Of a DNA stretch of 64,000 bases, positions 12,576 through 24,562 are shown in pieces (the first letter of the stretch is position 1; the number at the start of each line of letters is the position of its first letter). The DNA lies in assembly GCA_022813865.1 (NCBI GenBank), contig JALDZX010000008.1, forward strand, positions 1-64,000, given 5' to 3'. The position numbers and the translations under genes are program-made. Source of the DNA: Xylographa opegraphella. Its lineage: Eukaryota. Under the pieces are notes generated by a model. The model saw only the letters and a program-made list of their open reading frames with translations, was not told the origin of the DNA and searched no databases.

Positions 12576-15061
12576 GGACTAAGCACAACTGGGAGGGCTG
12601 GCGCAGTAGAGAGTTGCATATGATGTAAATCGTATAAATGAGGCCAGTGATAGAATAGATGAATGTAGATAGACCAACGTCAAAAACGTGTTTGACGGAC
12701 CAGGCCGACTCATGAAAATCTTGATACATATTATTTTGAGTCCTTGCAGCGTGCACGGAGATTATGATCAGCGTATCTACAATATAGCCCTATCAATGGT
12801 TCTCGCTATCAATTGATTGATGGATTATTGATGTCTACTGTTGCTGTCGCTGTTGCTACCGCTGCAATAATCCAGACTGCCATCGCCGCAGCTCTCACCT
12901 GCTATCACAGCTATATGCCATCCCCTATTGACGACCACTATTTATCAGTACAAACAGTAACCACAGCGATGACGATGCAATAACAACAATAAGACTAAGA
13001 GCGACAGCAGCAATGGTGACGGCAAATATCAGTAATCATGAGAACTGTAGCAGATCGAAGAGGTGAAAGCAAAAGCGACTATAAGTAATTATCAAAATGG
13101 GTATATATTTCTGTAAATCGCCGTCTAATTATCAATATACGAAGATATGCACCGTATACCACTTCCACGCCCGAGCAGTGCACCATCTAATCGACCGTAG
13201 TGAAATGATTAGTAATGCGGTGACCACGATCTGAAGGTATTGCAGATCTCACAATAGCCTCGAGCAAAAGGGGCGACTTCCAATCCTGCTGCGTTGCTTC
13301 AGCAGGGAAAACGCTCCTGACTGGCATGGGAGTGATGAGCCAGGCCTTTCGAGGCAAGTTTATCTTAGACGGTTGGGGTTGGCAACCCGCCAGTGCACAG
13401 GACATCTCGAAGCAGCAGAGTTGGGATTTGGAAACAACACGCACACCACCCAACAGCAGTTCGAGTCACTCATATGAACAGAGCCAACCCACCAATCAAA
13501 GCGTGTCGCTGCAAAATACAAATCTTTGCGACGCGCACGCCGAGGTTACCCACCTGACCCACCCAGAGCCTCAACAAAACGCACGTCAGCCAGTCCATCG
13601 GACATCACCCCTACGGATGATCAGATGGAACGAGCGTGATGGAGATGCGGAGTAATACGGGTGGCCAGGCGCCGGGAGATAGTGAGCGACTCCGCCCACC
13701 GACGACAAATCCGGTGGGCCTCGATCTGCCTTGCGCCGAAGATGCGCCTAGAATGGTCAGTGGTTTGCACACCGGATGACGCAGATGAGTGATGGGAGGG
13801 TAGGACTGCCAAAGTACACAGAAGAACGCAAAGCCCAGGCCTCATCGGCGCATAGTGAAACACAGCAGAATCCCTCGAGCAGGCCCAGTGGACTGACTGC
13901 CCTTTGGTCGCCGGCCAAAGGGCCTCGAAGCACACAAAACCTCACCGCGACCACAGCTGGACAAGGATCTTACTTTCCCATTCGTTCATGCGTTTCTTTC
14001 TCCCCGAGTGCGATTACATGATCGCTTACCCACTTTCTCGTCGTGTGAGAGGCCGAAAAATGCCTTTGCAAGCCACAACAAGGGAGCGATTGAGGCGGAG
14101 TCGGTTTCGTTAAGCCCCCACTACTGCAATCCTTCCCATCGAACAATCGCTCCCCTTTCTCGACCTCACCGGTCGTGGGACGAACACCCCGACTACAGAC
14201 GATTCGCCTTTCCGCGTATGCTAAGCGTGACAGATTGCGGACGCCGAAGCCAGCACCGTCCTGAGTCCTGACCAACCGCGACGGCGCTGGCTCGACCATG
14301 CCCGTCATGCCGGTCATGCCCATCATGTGCCTGCATGCCATCTGTCCCATCTCAGCCCTGCGCACCGATAATTGACGACTGGACTGCTTGCCTGGTCGAG
14401 TCGGTCGACAGCGAGAATGCGGTGTGGTGTGTGTGGCATGTCGTGCAGACTTGCCTTTTGCTGTCGATTGAAAGCTCGATGACTGGTTGTGGGGCTTGGC
14501 GCACTTGGCATGGATGGCCGCTTAGGGCTCGGCTCGACCAGGCATCCACTCCCCTTCGCCGTCATATGCTTCGCGCCTTTCTTATTTCCTCTCCTTCTCT
14601 CCCATTCGCCCCCCTTCTCCCTACATCTACAACAAGCCGTGGGACAGGAGATCAAAAACATATAACTGCTGCTGTTGTTTGCTCTCTACCCTACCAACAC
14701 CCTATCTGAGTCCAACCAAGACGGTCCAACATTCAGCCTTACACACCCACGCTGCGAAGACCCCTCTCTCCCCGGAGGTCCTCCCTGTTGTTGCTCCTCC
14801 ATTCACTGGTGCCTGCACCGATCACATATATCTGGCCATTCTTTCCCTTCTCGTTCAGATTCCTGTTACCCCACGAGCGGGTCCTCGATCTTTGTAATAG
14901 TCAATCTGTCTTTTCTTTTCTATTATCCTTCTTCACCTCGACTTTACTACTATCTACCATCTTCGCCGCCGCCGGCGGTTATCCTTCCTCCAGAACGTCC
15001 GGAGTCTCGTTACTACCGGCACATATCCATTCCTCAGCGGTCACATACACCACCGTCAGCA

Positions 15062-15694
15062 ATGGGCGGCTTCCTCCCTGCCTTCCGCCGCCGGGTCAGC
15101 TTCACCCCGGCTCCAATTTATTCTCGTCTTCCCCGTGACGACGAGGCATATGTCATGAAAGCATTTGCCCGCCACGCCGCGCGCTGCTCCTCGTGCGCGA
15201 ATCCTTACCAGGTCCACCTCCGTGGGGCGACGCTCTGCCCCAAAGGACACCAGCGAGCCTTGGATGTTGCTCAGTACGTTTACAACAAGGGCGACCGGGC
15301 CTACTCCGTCATCGACCGAGAGGGCAACCAGCAAGTCCAGATTGAAATTCCAGTGGGATGTGAGTCAGTACGCTCTCTCCTTCAGGCCATGGAGCGCGGG
15401 CTCCGTATCATGAGACGGGCTCCTTCCGTCAGCTATGACAGGACCTACTATGTGTCTGCCCGACCCAGAGTCACCCACCGCGAGCCAACCTACGTACGCA
15501 AGCCGCGCCTCGAGACCGCAGAGCCTCCGGCATGGGCGGTCAAGGGTCGACGGGCGGAAAGCGTCAGCTATGCCGGACGGGGCAGCTTGTACGAGGCCGA
15601 CATGAGGGAGAGGCAAGCGTACTACAAGCCCACCGTGTACTATCGGGTCAGCAGCCAGCAAGCGCCACCCGTACCCCCAAAGGACTACTGGTGA
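15062..15694 (+). CDS. Uncharacterised fungal protein with a Cys/His cluster and an N-terminal RRVSF motif
   Basis: About 210-aa intronless ORF from ATG 15062 with GC-rich codon usage; H-x3-C-x2-C...C-x2-G-H cluster; follows a pyrimidine-rich leader. Confidence 0.75.
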   Translation: MGGFLPAFRRRVSFTPAPIYSRLPRDDEAYVMKAFARHAARCSSCANPYQVHLRGATLCPKGHQRALDVAQYVYNKGDRAYSVIDREGNQQVQIEIPVGCESVRSLLQAMERGLRIMRRAPSVSYDRTYYVSARPRVTHREPTYVRKPRLETAEPPAWAVKGRRAESVSYAGRGSLYEADMRERQAYYKPTVYYRVSSQQAPPVPPKDYW

Positions 15695-16639
15695 AAAGGG
15701 GAAGCGGATGCTCGAGAGAACAAGGTTTTGGAAATAAGGTTTTCCGAATGAAACAAACGCCGTCATCAAGCCCTCCTTCCTGAGATAACCCGAGACTATC
15801 GGCAACAACTCCGCATACTCACGTCAACGACCTCAGGAATCTTCTCCCGCCAGGTGCGGAGGCGTGTGCAATGAAGTAATGCGATGACGCGATGGAGGAG
15901 ACGAGGAACATTCCGAGACCCGGCATAATTCACAAATAGTACTCCACTTGATTGGATAATCTGCAAAATGTCACCCGACTATTTGGCAAACAGCGCTATA
16001 GTTAGCTCGGAAGTCATGTCGTTCTCGATGGTGGATCGTGGAGGAGAAGAGTATCGTGTACGTGGTTCTACATGAGCTTGTATTAATATCCAGAGCATGT
16101 GGAGAACATGTTAGGAGATTCAACAGCTTTGAATCCTGCTGCGATGATTAATGATAGACACAAGTAAAATAGTTGATACAATATTTAATGAGAAAACTTA
16201 CGCATTTTACACAACGCGGAATTCGATTGCTTGATACCGTCGTGCTCGATGTTTTGCTCTGTTTCCCTACGATAGCATCAAGCTCAGTGTGATTTTGCCC
16301 ATGACCCTGATTTAGTAAATTACGTCTTTGGAGCAGAGCAAGCTCCTCTCGGCATCCACTGAAGTCATCCTGTAGCTTGCTCATCGTGGACCAAGCGAGG
16401 CGAAGCGCCACGCTTGCGCTTCTTGCGTCATGCATGCGAAGTCCATCCACCCCTGGGAGGCCGCCAAGCCCCTAGTACCAAATAGGCACAGGATACCCAG
16501 CATATACGGCGTCCCTGCGAACACCTCAGACCACCACCCAAATCGCATGTCGCCCAAAGACCATTTCCCATAGCTTGACCAAAGCATTGAACAGGTTGGA
16601 CCTTCGCTCTCTCCCCACCACCGCCACCACCACGCCCCT

Positions 16640-17296
16640 ATGGCGAAGAAAGGTATGACACCCTCGATTCTGGAACCCTCCCCCATCTCGATCACATAGC
16701 CATCCTGCTCTTCCTCCCTCGTCCCTGCCCCCGCCCCTCAACTCTCCCTTCGACACACACGCGCCGTACACAGCTGCGAAACCGCATACCCACGAACAGA
16801 TTCACTGACTGACTGACTATGCTATGCAGCTAAATCCCGCACCATAGCCGTGCGCCTGGTCTCGATGGCGCTGACGGGCTACTACAAGACCCTGGTCCGG
16901 CCGCGGACGCACCGCCCACTCAGTATGCTGAAGTACGATCCCGTCGGTAAGGTTGCTCTCTTTCCTTCGTCTTGCTTGCCAGCGTCTGCTGTGGGTTCCG
17001 GGGAGGGGGGGGTGGTGGGTGAATGGAAGGGTGCGGGGTCCAGCTGGAGGAACAGTCAAGATAAAAGGCTGTCGGATGATCGGAGAGGTGTGTACGGAGT
17101 TGGGGGCAAAAGGGCGTACTGGGTTGTTATCGTCCGGGAGCATGGGTCACCACTCGACGCGAATGAAGGCGGCCATTAGAGACTTTCTTTCTCCAACGCT
17201 TCTGAGCGACGGGTGACATGGCTAATGCTTGTGGCTCGGTGCTTAGTGAAGAAAAAGGTCTTGTTCCTCGAGCAGAAGCGAGGGGGCCAACGATAA
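16640..17296 (+). CDS. MRPL39: Mitochondrial ribosomal protein bL33m (3 exons)
   Basis: Exons 16640-16652, about 16830-16946 and about 17247-17296 splice to [59 protein letters not shown]. The KYDP motif is typical of L33. Confidence 0.93.
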
Positions 17297-17768
17297 CTCA
17301 GATATGGGACTCGATCTTGCTGTGTCGCCATCCTCCGAATTAAGAGCGCTTGTCTTAGTCTACGCTGTACTTAGGGGCGCATTCACGGGTGGTCAAGCGT
17401 GCATTGATGGTTATTAGGGGCGTTGGGAGGTCTCTCGATTGCATTTCGACAATAGACTTTTAAACCAATGCTACTGTTTGCACTGCCCATTGGCATCGAA
17501 TAACCAGAGAATACTTTGCTACAGTGGCTTCGTCCAGCACTTACTCAAGCGAATGCCATACATACTGACGAGAAACTGGTTGCACTAGCCATTTCAAAAA
17601 TGGTAGAAATGAAAGCACGCGTCATCTCATCCGTCTATCTTGACCCAGTAGTCCGCCTAGCTGCAATGCCTGAAATAGCGAATATCGCAACTCCAGCCAC
17701 CGTAAGTCATGCTACCTTCCGTTCCAAGATATCAAGCAAATCCGTGGCTACGACGAGCCTACTTTCCA

Positions 17769-20700
17769 TCAGACCCCGTAAAAGCGAACAGCGTATTTGT
17801 CTATCTCTTTTATTAGCAATGGTTTATAACATTGTAACGATACTTACCCAGTGGAGCCTTACGGCGACTCTTCCGACTCTTGGCGGTCGCCTGAATCTTG
17901 CTTGGAGATTGTGAGCCTGGCAGAATCGGGCCCAATCCTACCGTCTCCAATCCACTGATTCTTCTCTTGGACGGTACCACTTGTGGTGTCATCCCAAAGT
18001 CTGCGGCACTGCGCCTGACTCCAGATGGTGGCAGGATAAAAGGTTGCTGAGTCTTGGCACCGTAAGAGGAACCAGTTGATTGGGCTTCAGGTGCTCTTGT
18101 ACCCTTGTCTGTAGCTGGACGATCACCTTTCGAGGCTGCTTGAATGCGGTCTGTTGATCTCTTTGAAGCTGGTATTGGTGTTGGTGGGAAAAGCTCCGTC
18201 GAGTCCCAATGAGGAGATGATAGAATGGTATGATCATAACTTGCGTTCATATTAGCCACATCAGGCGACCCTAAGCGGTTTCTGGATCTGTGAATTGGAG
18301 TACGGAGCAACAGTCTCTTATTGTCTTCAAGAGATCCTCGGCAATTCGTTGTTGTGGTAAGGTTACGATGAACGGTAGTCTTCTGACTCTGCGACTGTGA
18401 CTCCTGGACTATTACCTCGTGCTGACTTTGGTGACTTGCGTACACGTCAGAATGTCCAGCTCTGTGTTTTTGCGCGGTGATTGTTGAATCATAATGCACC
18501 AGATCGTTTGGTCCATCTTTGCATACAGTCACATCACGCTTTAGCAACCCACTGGAGTAAGTAGACTGTAGAGTGAATCCCTGCCCACTCGACTCATTAA
18601 CAACAGGAGTGTATGGTCGTTCTTTTGCTTGCGTCAGCACTCGGTCGAGAATATCAATGCCATGATCAATGTCAACCTGCCCATCAAATTGCTTATTGTG
18701 TATTTTGCACACCTCGTTGATGCGCCGCAGATACTGCTCGTTCTTTGATTGAGACTCTGATATATTTGCCGCTAAAAGCCTGTCGGTTTCTGCTATGCGC
18801 TGGCCGAGACCAAGTTTGTCTTCTTCAAGCTTCTGAATCTGTGCCAGTAGGTTCTCTTCCGTGGCTCGAAACTTCTCTTTGAGTTCGAGCAGCTCCGTAT
18901 CCCCTGAATGAATCTGCAAATTCAGCGAGTCGAGCTCTGCTTGTAATTCTTCATGTCTCTTGGACTGCGACTGGTTAGCTTGTTGGCGGTATGAAAGATT
19001 CGGAACCGGTTAGTTTCTTTACCTCAATTTCCTTTCCTGCTTTGAGGCGTCCCATCTCCTCTTCAGCTTTCCAGGCCTTGTTATCCGCCACAGTCTTGAG
19101 TCGCTGCAGTTTTTCTACTTTGACGGAGTTTTCGTCTGCCAATATTGCTCTTTCAGCGTTCGACGCCTCCAGCAATTGAGATCTCAAACCCTCGTACTTG
19201 AGATCAGCTTGCTGTTCGCATGCAGCCTTCTGCTTTGAGAGAATTTGAATCGTTATTTTAGCATCGTCAATCTGAGAAAGAAGCCCGTTAATTAGCTTCT
19301 GTTTCTCAATCGCCTCATCGGTCATATCTCGTATTTGATCCTCATTTCCAGAGAGATCTTCGTCCTTCCTGGCTAAGGTGTTTTCGAGGTCTGAATTACG
19401 GGACTCAATATTTTGTATATGATCGATCGAGGTAGGGTCTTCGGTGGGTTGAGTCCGCAACAAGAGTATTTCAGCTTTAAGAGCCGAGACATCTGTCTTC
19501 AGATGTTGCTCTCTCCCTTGGAGTCCTACGATAGTCTGGCGGGCCTCAACTAGGGATGTCTCACAAGCTTGCAATCGTTCTCTCATACTGGCCTTGATTT
19601 CTCGTAGATCTAGAATCTGCGCGGACAAGCATTGTTCCCCTTTGATACTAGCCTTGAGATTATCTAGCTGCTTTTGAATATGGCGGTTCAGCTTGAACTG
19701 CTTGGAGGATGCCGACTGTGATGTATTGGCAAGCTGCTGAAGAACTACGTTCAGGCTACTCATGATTAGCAGAGCAACTGTGATGGAATCGAAGGTTCAT
19801 TCTTACTATTCCGCGTAACCTTTGACAGATGAATCTAACCGTTCCATATCTTCAGGCTCGACATGCTTACTCGTCCTAAACTCTTGAAGCATCTTTATGC
19901 ATTGGTTCAACATATCCCACGTGCAGGCCTGGTCATTACTGGGCTCAGATGCTAAGACGGCAGTGCTGGTCGTTAAAGTTTTACTCAACTTCTCCATCAA
20001 CTCCAAACGTTGGGTATGTAGAAGTTCTATCACTTGCTGCTGATTGGAAGAGATCTTCGAAATCTCTTGCTCCAAACGTTGACTACGTTTTTGCTCCACC
20101 CCAAGCAGTTCAGCATCTTTCTGTGCCCGAAGAGCCTGTGCATCGTGTTGCTGGTTCAAAAGTTCAATGTGATGACGAGCTTCTAAGATAACATCTGTAG
20201 CGCCACCAGGAACATGACGTCCAAAAGCGGAATGGGCTTCCTCAATCCTTGTCATGATGGTGACTTTGTCGGTTTGGAGAAGGAGCTGTTGTCGCTGGAT
20301 TGAATGGGCATCGTCACGGAGTTTATGATGGTCATTTGTAAGGCCTTTCAGATAGTCCTCGAGCTTTCGTGCTTTGATCTTCCATCCCGGTAAAACTTTC
20401 TCATACTTGGCAAGTTCTATTTGTTGTGCCTTCTCACGTTTACTGACCCCCTCCATCTGTGACCTTAGCAAAGCGTAAGCTTGCTTAATGTTGTGTAATT
20501 CGGCATCTCTTGCCTGCTGAACTGCTTTGGCAGTATCTCGTGTCTTCTTCCCTTGCTGGTTACGATGCAAAAGTATCTGGAGGAGGTCTTCTTCAGTCGG
20601 CATCGTCTTCGAAACAGGGCTTTGTGCTAAGGGCTCTAGGCCATACATGGGTCTCGAATTCTTAGGCTTCCGACGAATCTTCGCGACTTTCGACCTGTCT

Positions 20701-21753
20701 TCAGATATATCTCTGAGGATGTTCGAGCTGACGGGGTACGATTTCGACGCTATAGAAGAGGCTGCAGTAGGCCAAGTCGGTTGTGAAGTCTGAATACCAT
20801 GTAAACTTTGCCCGCGAGCCTCTGGCTCCTGATCGGGTAGCTTCATAGATATGAATGGTTGCATCTGTGAAGCTTTGGGTAGTGACAGCATGCTGTAACC
20901 ACAATCTTCAATTCTTTGACCTTCCGAACAGCCAACCTCATCTGTCGTCTCTTCAGTATAAATGCCAACGATGGAGCTGTTTGGTCGTGCCTTGTATCCG
21001 TCTTCGACAGTACGTGAGGTCTGCTGGTCTGCCAGCTTAGCTTCGATGTCCTTGTTGGACGACTCCTTTGAAACAGTGCTGGTCTGCTGTGATTTAGCAA
21101 TTTCGCGGAAGCTTTTGGGCAGCTCAGAGTGTAAAGGGTTTTGATGTTTCTGGGTATCAGAACGATTGTTGAAAGTGCCTAAAGCTTCACTCGAGACATC
21201 AATGCTGCCGGAAACTAAACCATCAGTTGTGATATTCGTATTGCCAAAGTGATATCTTACCAGACGTGTGCCCATGATTGGACTTTACCCTTCGTCCATA
21301 ATTAGCGGTAGATTTTGGAGCTTGGCCAAAGGAGAACACAGGTTGCTCTTCAATAGATGTATCTACTCTGCCCACGTACCTAGGGGGCTGAGTGGATAAA
21401 TTCGCTAGATGGTGGGATGGCATATCAGATCTTGTAGTTCTGGGTTCCCGACAGATTGGCTGTGCATGCTCAGGCTTGTTCAAAGGAGGACCCATGGATT
21501 TTTCAAGTTGTGCATGCTGAGGCTTGTTCGAAGAAGGTCCTATGGGTTTGTCATGTTGAGAACCTAGTAGGTCATCGGACTGCAGAAGCTCGAAGTTAGA
21601 TAACAGAGAGTCGGTGACGTGAGTTAGAGAGTCGGTGACATGAGTTCTGATGCTGTCGAGTTCTTCCACAACGGGAGATATTGCGTTGCCAGCTTCAATA
21701 GAGAAGTCGGCGTCCACTGCCTCGGTTATAATTGTTGCGTTAAAGCTGACCAT
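17769..21753 (-). CDS. Large (over 1200 aa) coiled-coil protein, multi-exon, function unknown
   Basis: ORFs 21223-21753, 19806-21275, 18975-19763 and 17813-18919 are separated by short GT-AG introns. Tiny last exon DKYAVRFYGV* ends at 17769. Long Q/E/K/L heptad-rich centre. Confidence 0.8.
21604..21646. repeat. 21-bp tandem duplication in coding sequence (THVTDSL x2)
   Basis: agagagtcggtgacgtgagtt followed by agagagtcggtgacatgagtt. A second 48-bp-period duplication (GPxxNKPxHAQ x2) lies at about 21460-21548. Confidence 0.85.
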
Positions 21754-22327
21754 GATGAATGAATACTATGATGGGTCGCCTAGTGGTGAACGATCCGGTA
21801 CTGTAGAAGCATAAAAAGTACCATGAAAGGATGAACCGAATGTCTTCAAACGAAGGCTTCTATCTAAAGGACTAAGCTATCAGAGAGAAGGTAGAAGCTG
21901 ATGAATCCGGTGTGGATCCAGTGAGATAACAACAGATTGCCTACCCTCGATGAACGAGCATGGACAGTTGAAATAAAGAAATTGAATATGGAACCTTTGG
22001 GGCTAATTGCTTGGCATTATCCAGACGTCACCAATAATCCTCTCCCATCGTGTTCAAGCAGATCTTGGAAAGGGATGGAATACTAGGTTCTTGAGAATGA
22101 GAAAACGGTTATCATGTTTTGGAATCTGTAGATTTAGGGTAGGATGAGAGAACTGAAAAGGGCAAGTAAGACGAACTTTGCTTGTTTGGGTTGGACAATG
22201 GGAAGCTGTAAGTATTGACCTGCTGTCTATGGGCACAAATTCCATACCACGAAGACCAGAGTGTCCATATTTGCAAGCAGCCTTGGAGCATCTTGGCTAG
22301 CTACATAGCTCTTGACTATTAAGTATC

Positions 22328-23909
22328 TCAGCCTCTTTCACTCCCACGTAGCCTTACTGCTTGGCCGTATTTCTGAAGTTTAGTGATCAAAGCGTCGCCC
22401 TGCTTCACTACATCTGTGTATTGCTTATTCTTATCATCCGGGCGGTTTGTCTCTATAATGCCGTTGACTCGATCAATAGTGCAAGGGATTCGGTCTGCTG
22501 CAATAAATTTTGCCAGATCCCTACAGAGTCCGGTTAGCCTTTTGTCATACGACGGATAGGACATTCAACTATACCGATCGAGAAAATCTACAGACACACC
22601 GAAATTTGTAGCCATACTCTTCAGGCTCACAATACGATAGCTCTGCAGCAGCTGCTGGTACCCTCTCAACCGCATTTCTCGGACAAACCACACTCTGTGT
22701 TCATAAAGATAACGATCTTGACTCAAGAAACTTTCCTCCACTGCTGCCAACGCTAAGAAGAATTCCTGGTATTTGCCAACGTAGAGGCTGCGGACAAGGC
22801 CCGCCAGAGGAGTGAAGTCCACAGGACTCTCCACTTCAGCGGCTTTGTCTGTTGAAGCACCGAGTGTAGTGAGGTTCACCGCCGTAGGCGCCGGTGTAGA
22901 AGTCGACAAGGGTGCATCTTTCATATTTTCATCGCTAGCACCTAGACCTGCGGATACAGTCCCAGTAAGTGCAGCAAGCTTCTCTTCGCCATCACCGAGG
23001 ATTGCTTTGACCTCAGGAGTGTCAACAACTTTTGATTTGAAGTCTACTCGTTTTAGAGACACGCAGCCTGCAAGGACTGAATATACAACGAGTGAAGAAT
23101 AACTGCACAGTTCGTAACTCGTAAAGGTGGAAAGGCTGTCGAGGAGTAGGGGTGCTGCAAGGTTGTAAGAGCGCGTGGTAAGTAAATGCAGGCCTTGGTA
23201 GGCTTTCAGCCGATTCCGCCGGTCCCAATCACCGCCACTTTCAACAAGTGCTTTTGCGCGGTCAACCTGCTTTTTCACCAGCATCTTATCATTGAAGAAC
23301 AATCCAACTCGTACGATCGCAAGAACAATGTCAATTTTTGTTCCAAGTACGCCGGTCTTCTCGAATACGGCTTCGTAGGACGACAGAGCTTTTTCCTGTG
23401 ATCCAACAAACATTAGGTACAGGCTTCACACACATGGAGATCATACACACTTTATCTCCAACTCGAGCCCAAAATTCGGCTCTCTTGCCTTTTGCAGCTT
23501 GTATTTCCGTGTCGCCAGCAGTCTCCGCTGCGTCTGCCTCTTCCTTCGCAAACGTTTCTAGCTCTGTGTCATTCTCCAGCCTAATCTTTTCATAAAGCTC
23601 TTCGCTCCAAGGGAAGTGGATTAGAGAAGAGTTTGAGCTGCCTGAGGGTCCTTGTGACGCGCCGTTTGTCCTCCTCAATGTTGTAGATGACCTCGACGCC
23701 GAGCCTTCACCCAAACTGTTCAGTAGACCTTCTGTTGGATGTGCCAGATGGCGATAGAGCGGCGCCATTTTATGATCCGATATTGCATCCTGAAGCTTTT
23801 TCAGGGAAGTTTGCCGCGAAGTAGATGAAGATGAGGGGTTGGTGAGCGTGAAGATGTCTTGTGCAAGGGCCAGGTTGGGATATTTCGCAAACTGGGGATC
23901 TGAACCCAT
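22328..23909 (-). CDS. RPN7: 26S proteasome lid subunit Rpn7 (PCI domain)
   Basis: MGSDPQFAKYP, GGDWDRRNRLKAY, LLDSLSTFTSYEL, REMRLRGYQQLLQSY, CTIDRVNGIIETNRPDDKNKQY; three exons. Confidence 0.96.
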
Positions 23910-24562
23910 CCTGAGTAACAATTTTGAAGTCCGTCACAGCGAGTCTTGGTCGATGAAGAGTCCTGCTTGATGCTTATGAGGAACAGACCACAGTACTGCC
24001 AGTAGATATAATTCAGTTGTTTTTACGTTTGCTTCTAACTGTAGCGGACGTGTAGCTGTTGTCATTCCAAGTGTCGCCGAGCTCGAATAGAAGTACCTCA
24101 GTCGGCGTAAGTAGGTACCTTACACTACTACCTTAGGTAAAGGTAGGATAAACCGAGTCATGCTAAAAGAAGGTCTACGCGGCTCAAGTTCATTTCTCGG
24201 GCCGTACAATCTCCGGCCGAGCCCCAGGCACCAGATCCAATCGTTTACAATCGAGGGAGTACTCTGCATCCAAGCAGGCTCAACAATCTCGTGTTTCACA
24301 TAGCTGGAGCTGTTTGGATTCATTCTCGATATGTTTATTTAGTGTAAGTTGAAAGGCACCAACGCTATGATAAACCTCCTCCAGCCAAGAAACGCCAGTC
24401 CGACGGACCTCAACTGTCGTTTGTGTGTTGGAGCCAGGTCAATCTATTATACAGCCAGTATTATATGCACGTAAAAGCTACGAATCTCAATTATGGTTCT
24501 CCATCACGGATTCTCACCTGAGAATTCCTTGGCTCGTGCCGATCAGCAATACCTATATGGCA

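Noticed and set aside
15970..16450. Possible small minus-strand gene (MSKLQDDFSGCREELALLQRR...PRCVKC then GTAAGT) divergent from bL33m
   Set aside because: Plausible splice signals but no recognisable family and an unconvincing downstream exon; needs RNA-seq.
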